Assembly (NCBI GenBank): GCA_012862495.1
Contig: BLSG01000319.1
Span: 20,159-71,307, forward strand
DNA length: 51,149 nt
Direction of reading: 5' to 3'
Source: Thraustochytrium aureum
Lineage: Eukaryota
The translations under genes and the position numbers were made by a program. The first letter of the stretch is position 1. Every line of letters starts with the position of its first letter. This document shows, in pieces, positions 23,728-35,133 of this stretch. The notes below the pieces were generated by a model. That model had not been told where the DNA came from. It made no database searches and saw nothing but the letters and a program-made list of their open reading frames with translations.

Positions 23728-24586
23728 TCAAAAGTGAAGCTGCTGCTGCTGCTGCTGTTGCTGTTGCTGTTGTGGGGGCTGCATATGTTGGTGCTGTTGT
23801 TGTGGATGGAGATGCTGGAAATGACTCTGGAGATGGTGCTGTTGCTGCTGTTGCTGCAGTCGCCCGTGTGGCAACCCAATGAGGAGATCGCCGCTGGCGT
23901 CCTGGTGGAATGCGGCAGGGTATCCGCCCACTTGGTCTTGCAAAGGGCTCCGCATCGGAGGGGACTCCCCGCTGAGAAGCGCATCCACGACAAGCGCGTC
24001 CTGGTCCGTGGCCCATATGGTCACATTTTCGGCGCTAGCCATGCTCCGCCAGCTGCCAATGCTCGTCTTGCTGTTGTCTGCGCGCTCAAACGAGGCCTTC
24101 AACGAGGGGCGCTGCGGCGGGAGCGACGACGGCGACTCTTGCTTGATGGTAGCTGCGGTTTGCGACGTGCCAGCAGCGGCCAATTCGCCGTACGTGCTTC
24201 CGTCTGGGGGGGGCTGAATGTCCAGCACGTCGAAGAGGCTACTTCCAAAGGCCGAGGCTCCCAGCCCGCTGCCGCTCTCGACGCCGTCGTCTGACACGAA
24301 GGGGGCAAGCAGTGAAGGGCGCAACACCTCGGGCTTGCCTGATGAGGATTGCTTGCTGATTGGCGTGTAAACCCCTGGCTGCGCCGCTCGCCCCGGTTCG
24401 ACTGGGCCCGCGCCGTAGGAAAGCTCTGGCTGCTGCTGAGGCCTCACTGGTCCTTCGGACATCGCAGAGACCTGGCGATAGACAGGCTGCTGGTGCTGAC
24501 CGTAGTGGTCTTGCTCCCCGCCAAAACCTTGGGGTTGGCCCGCGTATCCAAGGTGCGCGGGGTGCTGAGCATTGTACATCATGCCA
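23728..24586 (-). CDS. C-terminal part of a low-complexity polyQ protein (possible transcription regulator); N-terminus in gap
   Basis: Open frame of about 285 codons rich in Q/S/G/P, ending in a polyQ/H tract; no folded domain visible. Confidence 0.55.
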
Positions 24587-25463
24587 NNNNNNNNNNNNNN
24601 NNNNNNNNNNNNNNNNNNNNNNNNNNNNNNNNNNNNNNNNNNNNNNNNNNNNNNNNNNNNNNNNNNNNNNNNNNNNNNNNNNNNNNNNNNNNNNNNNNNN
24701 NNNNNNNNNNNNNNNNNNNNNNNNNNNNNNNNNNNNNNNNNNNNNNNNNNNNNNNNNNNNNNNNNNNNNNNNNNNNNNNNNNNNNNNNNNNNNNNNNNNN
24801 NNNNNNNNNNNNNNNNNNNNNNNNNNNNNNNNNNNNNNNNNNNNNNNNNNNNNNNNNNNNNNNNNNNNNNNNNNNNNNNNNNNNNNNNNNNNNNNNNNNN
24901 NNNNNNNNNNNNNNNNNNNNNNNNNNNNNNNNNNNNNNNNNNNNNNNNNNNNNNNNNNNNNNNNNNNNNNNNNNNNNNNNNNNNNNNNNNNNNNNNNNNN
25001 NNNNNNNNNNNNNNNNNNNNNNNNNNNNNNNNNNNNNNNNNNNNNNNNNNNNNNNNNNNNNNNNNNNNNNNNNNNNNNNNNNNNNNNNNNNNNNNNNNNN
25101 NNNNNNNNNNNNNNNNNNNNNNNNNNNNNNNNNNNNNNNNNNNNNNNNNNNNNNNNNNNNNNNNNNNNNNNNNNNNNNNNNNNNNNNNNNNNNNNNNNNN
25201 NNNNNNNNNNNNNNNNNNNNNNNNNNNNNNNNNNNNNNNNNNNNNNNNNNNNNNNNNNNNNNNNNNNNNNNNNNNNNNNNNNNNNNNNNNNNNNNNNNNN
25301 NNNNNNNNNNNNNNNNNNNNNNNNNNNNNNNNNNNNNNNNNNNNNNNNNNNNNNNNNNNNNNNNNNNNNNNNNNNNNNNNNNNNNNNNNNNNNNNNNNNN
25401 NNNNNNNNNNNNNNNNNNNNNNNNNNNNNNNNNNNNNNNNNNNNNNNNNNNNNNNNNNNNNNN

Positions 25464-28461
25464 GTATCGGGCAATGATTGGCAAGTAAGCAGCCGACGCT
25501 GATGGGCCAACAGTCTCCCCTCGCGGTGGCCTCCTGGCCCATCCCCGGCCAAACAGTCGTCCACCGATGGTCATATGAGCTGCGGCGGCATACTCGGGCT
25601 GATCTTTCTTGCCTTCGCGGATCACAAACCCGACAGAATTGGTTTTGAGGACGTCGTCAACAAGGCGAATGCAGTAGGCCAGAACGTCGCGTCGCCTCCT
25701 CTCAGTCTTGAGGTTGTGTTGCTCGTGTGATACAGCTGCGTCCCCGCCAGTGGCATCCTCATCGTCGCTGGTGCCTGTGCTGCTGCAGCTTCTTTCGCTT
25801 GCCCTTTCGTCGTCTTCACTGTTGTCGTCGCCGCCGCTGTCATCGCTTCCAGCTGAATCGCTGACCATCTCCTCGTCTTCAACCACGTCTCCTGCGGTTG
25901 CCCGGTTCAGTTCAAGGTCTGGAGACGCTTCATCTTCCGCTGGATCAGCCCGAGCAACCGTGAAGTTGTTCTGGCGCGCCAACTCAGCCTGACGTCGACG
26001 AGCTTCATGTCTTAACTCGGGCAGGGCAACCGCAAAGGCGAGGCGCCCGCGGAAAGATGGGACACGTACCGATCCACTAGTTTGAGGTTCACTGGCTCCG
26101 CCTGGCTCGGCGTTAACGAAAGCTGTACGACTGCTGTCACTTGCGCTCTCACCATCAGAGTCGTTTCGCCCACGACGCACGGTCGTCGTTGCGACGCCGC
26201 CACGCCTGGCTGAAGTCCTCGCGACACCTCTCGTATCTTCAAGATCGTCAAGATCGTCAGAGTCGCTCTCGCTGGCACTGGAATCTCCATCGTCTGCTGC
26301 AGCTTTGTCGACAATCGTCGCGCCTGCGCGTGGGTCGGCAGTGTAGACATCTGGTGAGCCAACGCCAGAGTACACCCAAGCGCGCAATTCGACTTTCGCC
26401 ATCAGGAACGGGTCGGCAAGCTCGTCGCTTTGAAGAGCGCCTTCGGCTTCGTACCTGGACAGGTGGTAGACGATCTCATTCCGACGACCTACCGATTTGA
26501 AAGGCCTGTCCAAGACACGCACGCTGTGGAACGCGTTGCGCTCGCGGAGGAAGTTGCGGTCCAGTCGCACAAGCTGGGCAAACGAGTTCGGGATGCCTCC
26601 ATCGCTTGTCAGCGCTTCGATGAGCGACGTCGGCCCGGAAACATTATTGCCTTGACCAACATATGCTGCAACTTTCCGCATGCCCATCGCAAAGTGCGCG
26701 TCGATCAGGCCCTTGCCATCGCAGGACTCGGTGTGAATGTAGCGCGTGACCTCGACGCCAGCTGACGCCCCAGCGTACGGAAGAGCAAGGAGCAGGAAGC
26801 GGGAGTGGTAGTACGCGGCATTGTCGGATTGGATTGTGACGCGCTCAAGCTCGGCGAACATCGGGGAGCTTTTCAGCTGACGGAGGAAGGCCTCAGCGAG
26901 AGCGGCGACGGCGAGGCCGTCCTGCTTGTTGCTCCCGTCAAGAATCTGATCACAGTACACGTTCTCTTGATCCACCTTGCCCGAGTGCTCGTCGTACGTG
27001 TAAAATACGACCAAGAACCCGTGCCACGACATACCTCGCTTGCCAAAATGCTCGATGCTCTTCTGCCGATAGTACTGCGCGTTGAACTTCATCTTGTAGT
27101 CCATCACCAGCATTGCCTCGCGTGGCTTCACCAGGCGCTCAGTGGCGCACCGTTGCTTCATCGACGAGTGAATCTCAGCAATCGCGCGCTGTTGGTTGGC
27201 GACGCGTACACAAAGCCCTCGCCACAGCGTCGTCTTCAGCTCACAGCGATCGATAGTACTCAGCACGTCGTCAACGCCAACGCCGGGGCGCGCAGCTGCA
27301 GCGTCGTTCCCGGGCGAGTTGTAAAACTCTCCCACCGCTGAGCGTAGCACGTCGAAAAAGTGCAAGGGATACCGACAAGCGTTGCACTTCATGTCGACCT
27401 TTTCCGCGCGCTTCGGATCAGGTTTGCTCAAGCCATACTCGAGGCCCGTGTGAGCAAAACCTCGTTGGCCGGGTCTTCCAGTGCTGCGTGGCTCTCATAC
27501 TGCACCTTCAGGAAATTGCTCGCCAAGAGTGCAGAAAGATGAAGCTTTGCACGCGCCTCTCGCGCGGGATCCGTGTAAAGGTCAACGATACGTGCAACGA
27601 GCTTGAAGTTGTCGTAGACAAGCTCACCGAGCTGGCAGTTGACCGCAGTGACGGCTCGCTTCTGACCGTTTGTCGTGAGCCTGACCAAGGCTAGAATGGT
27701 CGTCCTGCCAAGCGCAGGAAGCTGGGAGGCTTCCTCGTCGCTGCTGTGCCATGCAAAGTAGGCCTTCAATATACTCACGGGGTTGCGCCTGCGTACGAGC
27801 GAGGGGAGAGTGCAGGTTTCGGTTCTGGACAGCTTCACCTTCTTGGCACCCCAAGACAATACGCAGATGTTCGTACCGCTCAGGATGAACTGCAGCGCAA
27901 GCCGTGCTGCGTTCTTGTCAAAGCACTCCCGTGTCTGCTTAGGTGCATAAAGGCGTTCACCGCGGAGAATGTCTGCAGCATCTCGCTTCCCAAGAGCATG
28001 GCGAGGACCGCTAATGCCAGCCGGCTTGCCGACAAGCACCTCTCCGAGGCATTTCAGACGGTGCTCAGACCCTGATGCGCTGACAGCCGCTGCGAGCACG
28101 CGCCGTTCCAGAGACTGCCGCTTACTCCCGTGAAGCAGCTGCAGCAAGGTCGTTGCCATATGCCTCACCTCATTGTCGATCTTCCCTTTAGACCCCACAA
28201 GAGCATCGAGCGCCGCCTGCGCCAGTGCGAGGGGCTTGGCCGGGTACAGCATCGTGGTGACGGTCGTGATGACGTCTGACGCGGCTTGGACGATAAGCTG
28301 CCACTCCGTTTTCTGCAGCGTGCCGTCGCGCCGTTTCTTGCTTGACGGAAAGTGCCGAACGTACGACTCGGTTAAGCCGAAGTGGTGCAGCAGGTCTCGC
28401 GTGGGATTCGCTCCAGTCTTCGAGATGAGCGGCATTGCCATTGCTTCTTCCAGCTGCGGCG
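25464..28461 (-). mobile_element. Large DDD transposase gene, Sola3-like DNA transposon (termini not identified)
   Basis: MDYKMKF...FGKRGMSWH, KQD, QSDNAAYYH, TESCDGKGLIDAHFA, C-terminal GRGWAR, and N-terminal QFIL...SWGAKKVKLS...LPSLVR...LGRTTI. ORFs 27428..29038 and 24579..27431 are joined by a frameshift near 27440-27462. The superfamily name is assigned from recalled motifs. Confidence 0.7.
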
Positions 28462-29204
28462 NNNNNNNNNNNNNNNNNNNNNNNNNNNNNNNNNNNNNNN
28501 NNNNNNNNNNNNNNNNNNNNNNNNNNNNNNNNNNNNNNNNNNNNNNNNNNNNNNNNNNNNNNNNNNNNNNNNNNNNNNNNNNNNNNNNNNNNNNNNNNNN
28601 NNNNNNNNNNNNNNNNNNNNNNNNNNNNNNNNNNNNNNNNNNNNNNNNNNNNNNNNNNNNNNNNNNNNNNNNNNNNNNNNNNNNNNNNNNNNNNNNNNNN
28701 NNNNNNNNNNNNNNNNNNNNNNNNNNNNNNNNNNTCGCTTGCACTGGCACATTTTTGGCATTTTGAAGCGCAGCGCAGTGGCCAAGCTGTGCTGCGCGCC
28801 AGCAAACGCTGCGCAGACGCGCAAAGCGCTCAGACGCTACACTGCTGCGCGTCGTGCGTTCCAGTAGCTCTGCTGCGAGCGTGCGCCGGCCCCAGCGCTT
28901 CGGTCGCCACTTCTCGCCGAGCACGGGCTGTTGTGCAGCCGCCGAGCCCGGTTTTGAGGTTTCTGGCTCGGGGCGAGCCGAACCCCAAGCCAGCAGCGAC
29001 TCACCTAGATCGGCGCCGGGATTTCGATGATTGGGCAAAGCACGGAAAAACCTCGTTGAGTTAGACGACCGCTCTAAGAGGTACAGTACTTATAAATACA
29101 GCAGGCCTACTAGTAAGTGTGTTTGTTCACTTCCTGTCCTTGTGTGCTGGTGCCCAACCCAACCGACCTTCAAGTTGGCGCCTGCAACCAGCAAAACACC
29201 TCAC

Positions 29205-29516
29205 CTACCACTTGCCGATCGGGCAGTGCAGGTGCTCAAAGAACGCCTTGGCCTGAATGCTGCAGCCGCACTGTGCGCAGTACGTCGCAAACCCCTGCAC
29301 AACGTCGCGCGAGTGCTCGCAGCTGCCACAGACTTGGAGCCGCTCGGCCAAGTCCAGCAGGGGAGGAGCGCTGTCGACCCCAGCCGTACCCCTCCTCTGG
29401 TCCGTTGGAGAGCTATCCTTGCCGGATCCGGACGTCAGTGCGCGCCGCGCAGAAAGCCTTGCCGCGACCCGCACGCCGCACCGCGCTGCAACAGCGGCCA
29501 TCCGCACAGGCGCCAT
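29205..29516 (-). CDS. Small Cys-rich protein with DUF6171-like C-terminus
   Basis: ERLQVCGSC...YCAQCGC...KA...CPIGKW-stop; Arg/Ala-rich N-terminus. Start at 29516 or 29501. Confidence 0.65.
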   Translation of the reverse strand: MAPVRMAAVAARCGVRVAARLSARRALTSGSGKDSSPTDQRRGTAGVDSAPPLLDLAERLQVCGSCEHSRDVVQGFATYCAQCGCSIQAKAFFEHLHCPIGKW

Positions 29517-30857
29517 CGGCACTGCAGCCAGTCGCACAGCCGCAAGCGAGATTTGGGACTGTGTCTCGTGGCGAGGAAGATCCTTCTTGCTTGTCGATCG
29601 ATCGTTCGCGAACCAAGGTACTGTTCGCCGTGTTTGCACAATGCAAATCACGACTCGGACTCTGATCGAGTGTGAATGATGAAGTGCGTGAATGCGCCTT
29701 GGGCGACGCGTCGCTGGCGTCGCTGACGGGCCAGCCAAGTGGGGTCCTCCCCTTCGCCGGCCTAACGCAAGTCGACTTGGCGCAGGTTCCATCCATCCGC
29801 TTTGCTGGCATGAAGGATGTGTGAAAATGGTCCGGTTTGTGCACCAGGACCACTCTCAGGCTTGTGAACAACTTGCACGGCTCCATGCCTTCGAGTTGTT
29901 GACTTGGAGGAAGAAGTGGACTGGAGGAGANNNNNNNNNNNNNNNNNNNNNNNNNNNNNNNNNNNNNNNNGTGCTGCGTCGGCAAGCCCGTCCCACGCGC
30001 GCCGCGCGGTCTGCAGTCAAGTCGTCGTTTCCCCCAACGCACGTGGTCGACGCCCCCGGACCGCGCACGAAGCGTTGGCGGCTGGTCGGCGAGCGCAAGC
30101 AGAGCGCTGCAGAGCGGCGCGACAACCAGACGCGCGAGACTCTCGTGGCGATCTCTGTGCTGCGAACGAAACGCATTTCAGTACCGCGGGGAGCGGAGGC
30201 GACACGATGGCTTCCGCGGACATTGCAGGACGAATGACGCTGTGCGCAGACTGCATAGCACGAGAAGCCGGTCCGAGCAAGGCTTTGCGGCCTGGCTCAG
30301 GACCGCCGCGCACTCGCGCGTAGTAGGTACCGGTACGAGTGAGTAAACTCGAATCAACATCATGATCACGTTGTTCCAGCAAGGACGTCCAGTTTCATTT
30401 CCTTTGCATGGAACTCGGGCCGCGAGGGAGCCCGCCCAGGAGCAATCATCGCCCGGCGCCGCCTCGGGCCGCGAATCGGCCCCAATCGGCCCAGAGCAAT
30501 GCACGGGCGGCCATTTCACCAAGCGACACCTGCCGAATCACGTTGGCCGCCGAACGAACACTTCGCGCGCACCCGCTTCTCGCTTGCCAAAGCTGGTCCT
30601 GAACAGTCCGTTTTCAGTCTCAACCGCCCCGCAGACCGAGCAGGCAAGTGGCAGGCAGGCAGGCAGGCAGGCAGGCAAGTGGCAGGCCGGAGAAGGAAGG
30701 GCCTTGCAGACACTCAATTCCTTACGCTGCGCAGGCCGCTCCAGGGCGCCCCTCCTCCTCCTCCTGCTCCTCCGCTGGAGACCTCAACGAACGTGGCCGC
30801 GACCCAACGAGCTGGAGAGACCTCAGGCCAGCCTCCTTCCTCTCTCGACGCTACGCG

Positions 30858-32903
30858 ATGAGGAGGCGCGGAGGCGCGGCCGGCGTGGAGGCCTTTGGCC
30901 GCTGATAGCGATGGACGTGACAGGCTGCGGAGCGACTCGGGCGCCGAGACCGACAAGACGGTGGACACAGACCCGAACAACGACAGCGACCCTGACGAAG
31001 CGACGCTCACAGCGCGTGCCAAGCTGCTGGCCCAAGAGCCCCACGACTGGCCCACACCGGAGTTTTCAGTCGCCGGCTGGATCGCCGGCGCGATCGGCAC
31101 GTTCGCTCTCGACACCTTCTTTTCCAAGATCGAGGTCGTCAACGAGGAAAACATCCCCAGTGAGGGGCCCGTGATCCTCTACGGCAACCACAACAACCAG
31201 TTTGTGGACGGGATGGTCATGATGCGCGCCGCGGAGCGGCCCGTGAGCTTTATCACGGCCGAGGTGAGCTGCCGCAAGCCCGTGTTGGGCCAGCTCCTGC
31301 GCGCCTTGGATGCCGTGCCGGTGGTGCGCCCGCAGGACCTTGCCAAGCGCGGGACAGGCAAACTGGAGAAGGTCGACCTCGTGTACCGGCGCATCCACGG
31401 AAGCGGGACCAAGTTCACCACGGAGGCGGCCGAGGGGTCGACCATTGGCAACGAGGAGGTGGGCAGCTTTGAGGTGGAGGAGGTCGAGTCCGACACCGTG
31501 CTGCGCTGCAAACCCTTGCGCGAGGGCGCGATGGTGCGACCCGACTTGGTGGCCACAGCGAGCGCATTCAAGATCACGCCCAAAGTCAAGCACGCCGACA
31601 TGTTCGACAAGGTGTACTCGGCGCTCGCAGAAGGCAAGTGCATCGGCATCTTCCCCGAGGGCGGCTCGCACGACCGCACCGAGCTCCTGCCGCTCAAAGT
31701 CGGCGTTGCAATAATGGCGCTCGGCGCGCTGAGCCGCGGCACGCCCGTCAGCCTCGTCCCGGTGGGCATCAACTACTTTTCCGGCCACGTGTTTCGCAGC
31801 ACGGTCTTCGTCGACGTCGGCAAGCCGGTCCAGATCTCCGAGGAGCTCGTCAAGTTGTACGAGAACGACAAGACGCGCCGCGTGGCCTGCTCGCAGCTCT
31901 TGGAAGAGATGCGCACTTCGCTGGAGCTCGTTTGCCTGACGGCGCCAGACTTTGAGACGCTCAAGGTGATCCGCACGGCGCGGCGCATGTTCCAGGGCAA
32001 GGTGGAGCTCACACCGCGCGAGTACATCAACCTCAACCTGCGATTCAACTCTGCCTATCGTCTTTGGAAGGACAAGCCCGACTTTCGCCGCCTCATGCTC
32101 GACATCCACGAGTACCTCGAGTTTGCCCGCTCCCAAGGGCTCAAGGACAAGCAAGTGCGCGACCTCCCGCCCCTTGGGTCGCTCCGGACGATGGCCAACG
32201 CGCTGGGGAACGCCGCCATTACGCTTGTCCTCATCGCCGTGGCCGCGCCCTTGATTGCGCCAGGGCTGCTTCTGAACCTGCCCATCACCTGGTACAGCCA
32301 GCGCGTGATTCCGGCCGAGATGAAGAAGGCAGCAGCGAACTCGTCGGTCAAGATCGCCGCGCGGGACGTGGCCGCCTCGCAACAGATCATGCTTGGCATC
32401 AAGATGATCCCCGTGCTCCATGTGCTGTACAGCTTGCTGTGGTGGCGTTTTTCTCCCTCACGTGGCCCTACTACCGGCGCGAGCCGGGAACGCTTAGCGC
32501 CTCGTTTCTGCGCCACGCCTGGTGGTTTCTCCCGCTGTGCTTTTTCTTTCTCGGCCCGTACTACTCGTTCTCCTTCTGCCCGCGCTTGGGCGAGCAAATT
32601 GTGCGCCGATACAGGTTGCTGCCGAGGTACTTGCTCTGCGTGCGGTCTTTTTTTAGCGCTTCCAGGCGCGCCCCGGCAGAGCTGTTGCGCGGCGAGCGGT
32701 GCAAGCTCAGCGTGCGCGTCCAGGACCTGGTCGAGGAGCTCATCGAGTCGCACCCAGAGTGGCACAAGGAGCGCGTGATTAACCGCGCCATGGTGCTCAA
32801 GAAGCGCTCCAAGAGCATCAAGGCTATCGCCCGCGGGGACCTCACCCCAAAGTTGCCGTCGCGGCCATCGTTTGAAAACCTCTCGCGTTTGAGCTTTTCA
32901 TGA
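30858..32903 (+). CDS. Glycerol-3-phosphate O-acyltransferase (yeast Sct1/Gpt2-like)
   Basis: GNHNNQFVDG (HxxxxD), PVVRPQD, GSGTKFT insert, GIFPEGGSHDRTELLPLKVG, VPVGINYF, SSVKIAARDV. Apparent 1-nt frameshifts near 30894-30896 and 32434. Confidence 0.92.
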
Positions 32904-33195
32904 CTTTCCGCGGTCACCAAGCAACGCCCAAGGGTGCCAAGGCGAGTCGCTCGCTCTTTCGCCCGAAGCGAGCCTCCAGCGTCGCGTCGGCAAGTGCACC
33001 AGAGAAAAGGCGGGCAGACCATCGCAAATGCGCGGACGGCATGCCTGGTCGAGGGGCGCGCCAGCTGGTCGACAAAGCCGAGATAGACCCATACCTAGGT
33101 AGCCTTTTTGCTTCTTTTCTTCTCTTTCGTTTTCGTCTGAAAAAGTTTTACCCCGCGCCGAAGGACGGCGGCTTTGGAAACGGAGGCACGGTCGC

Positions 33196-34449
33196 TCAGG
33201 TCGACTTGAGCTTGTCGGCAGCAGCCTCCCCAGAGGCCAAAGACTTGCTCTTGGCCGGCTTGGGCTGGATATAGCTGACATAAAAGAACACGCAAAAGAG
33301 CCACAGGTAGCTCCCGTACATGCAGAGGCCCGCCAGGGCGTTGAGGGTGTGGACCTTGCAGCTGGGATCCGTGTTTGGCTCCGGCGCGAGCGCGTCCCAG
33401 TTTGTGCGCAGCGAGAGGCTCAGCGGCTGCGTGACGACAAAGTTGATGTGGTAGTTGACGTAGACGGTGACCGCGGTGCCGACGAGCATTTGCAGGATCT
33501 GGATCACGGTGATGTAGATCGCGAATCGCGTGGGCCGGTACCCGAGCGCGGTGAGCGTGTAAAAAAAGTACATGAACGCGTGCACAGTGAGGTTCATGGA
33601 CGAGTACACGAGGCCGTTCAGGCAGTAAGTGGCCCACGAGTGCCAGCAAAAGGTCATCACCGTGATGTGGTGGTACCAGTGCAGCGTGATCAGTTTGCGC
33701 TTGCGCAGCACGATGAACAGCGTGTCGATCAGCTCGGGCACCTTGGAAAAGATGAAGAGCATCGTCCACACCCCGGCCGGGTTGTCGATGACCCAGTCCT
33801 GCCGCGTGTCCCCGCACACGACGTGCATGACGCCCTTGGTGTGGAGGAGCTTGATTAGGACGGGCACGGTGCGCAGGGAGCCGCCCAGGCTGAACAGCGC
33901 GAGCGCGAGCGACCAGATCGCAAGTGGGTACCTCAGGTCAAACTCGGTCTTGCCGTCCATGGCAAACTGGATCCCAAAGATTACGATCACGTACAAGAGC
34001 GCAAACACGAACGGCAGGTGCATGTGCTCGCCGAGCCATACCGAGACCTTCTCCGCGGTCCCAAAGTGCATCAGCTCCCACTCAAACACGGGAAGCAGGT
34101 CCATGAAGGAGAGCAGCATCAGCGCCGCGAACACGATGCAGTACGCCGTGAACAGTTTGGCGCCGAGATTCTGGCGCTGCTTGCGCTCTTTGCGCTTCTC
34201 CACGGATTCGCCGCGGCGCCGCGGCCCGCTCTCGCCGAGTAGCTCGTTGTGTCCCATCGAGATGACGCCGCAGGCCTGGCTCACGTCCTGCGTGCCGAAC
34301 TTGACCACGCGCCGCACAACGCCCGCGTTCATCTCATCGATGGCGCGGCTGTTGTGCTCCATTGTATTTTCCATGTGGTCCAGCCTCGAGTCAATCGTCT
34401 CGAGTTTGTCCAGCAGCCGCCGGAGCAGCTCGTCGCTTTTGTCGCTCAT
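33196..34449 (-). CDS. Fatty acid elongase, ELO/GNS1 family (ELOVL6-like)
   Basis: SKVPELIDT, LRKRKLITLHWYHH, MNLTVHAFMYFFY, QILQM, MYGSYLWLF, C-terminal KLKST. Confidence 0.95.
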   Translation of the reverse strand: MSDKSDELLRRLLDKLETIDSRLDHMENTMEHNSRAIDEMNAGVVRRVVKFGTQDVSQACGVISMGHNELLGESGPRRRGESVEKRKERKQRQNLGAKLFTAYCIVFAALMLLSFMDLLPVFEWELMHFGTAEKVSVWLGEHMHLPFVFALLYVIVIFGIQFAMDGKTEFDLRYPLAIWSLALALFSLGGSLRTVPVLIKLLHTKGVMHVVCGDTRQDWVIDNPAGVWTMLFIFSKVPELIDTLFIVLRKRKLITLHWYHHITVMTFCWHSWATYCLNGLVYSSMNLTVHAFMYFFYTLTALGYRPTRFAIYITVIQILQMLVGTAVTVYVNYHINFVVTQPLSLSLRTNWDALAPEPNTDPSCKVHTLNALAGLCMYGSYLWLFCVFFYVSYIQPKPAKSKSLASGEAAADKLKST

Positions 34450-35133
34450 TTCCCCTGCGCAGGGCCAAGCGGCCACAGCGGCGCAGCGGTCACGCAAGCC
34501 GGCCGCGCGTTTCGGTTGCGCTCGTCGAGTGCGACCTGATCGACCGACGGACCGACCGACCGTTCGCAAGAGACTCGAGGGCGGAAGCGGGTCTGTCTGC
34601 CGGACCAAGCAGCTCGAGTCTGCAGTTGCTCTGGCGAGCGTTCAGAACAGAATGCACAGATTAGAGGGCAGCCCGCCCCGCACCAGAGCCCTCCCTCTGC
34701 CTCCGTGCAGCGCCGAGCGCCGCCCGCCGCCGCCCGCTGCCGCCGGGGAGGATCTCGATTCTCGAGCGCTGCCGCTCGCTGCATGCCTGCCCTACGTGCC
34801 CGCCGAGCAGGCCAACGCGCCGCGCCGCGTGCCGAGTGATGATGCTGGCCGGCCCGTTTGGGGGGCAGCGTGAAATGCATGCGCAAGTCATCCGCTGCCG
34901 CCGGGCGGCCGGGCCCGCTCGCCCTAGGCTTGACCCGGCGGGGATCTGCCGGCGTCGGTGGCGGAGCTGGGCCTGCTGCACGCCCGGAAAGGTGCTGCGC
35001 GGCATGGTGTAATGCGGTCGGAGCAGAGTAATCGCATCACCCTGGCAGCGAGCGGGTGACGGCATTTTGAGCAACGAGATTTGCGCGCGGCGCGCAGTAA
35101 CTTAGGAAAAATGTTAGAGAAAATGGTCGCTCG

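Noticed and set aside
28734..29130. Right terminal inverted repeat of the Sola3-like element
   Set aside because: No partner visible because the other end is in a gap, and no clear TTAA-flanked terminus.
29690..30600. ORFs between the Cys-rich gene and GPAT
   Set aside because: Arg/Ala/Pro-rich GC-driven frames without motifs.
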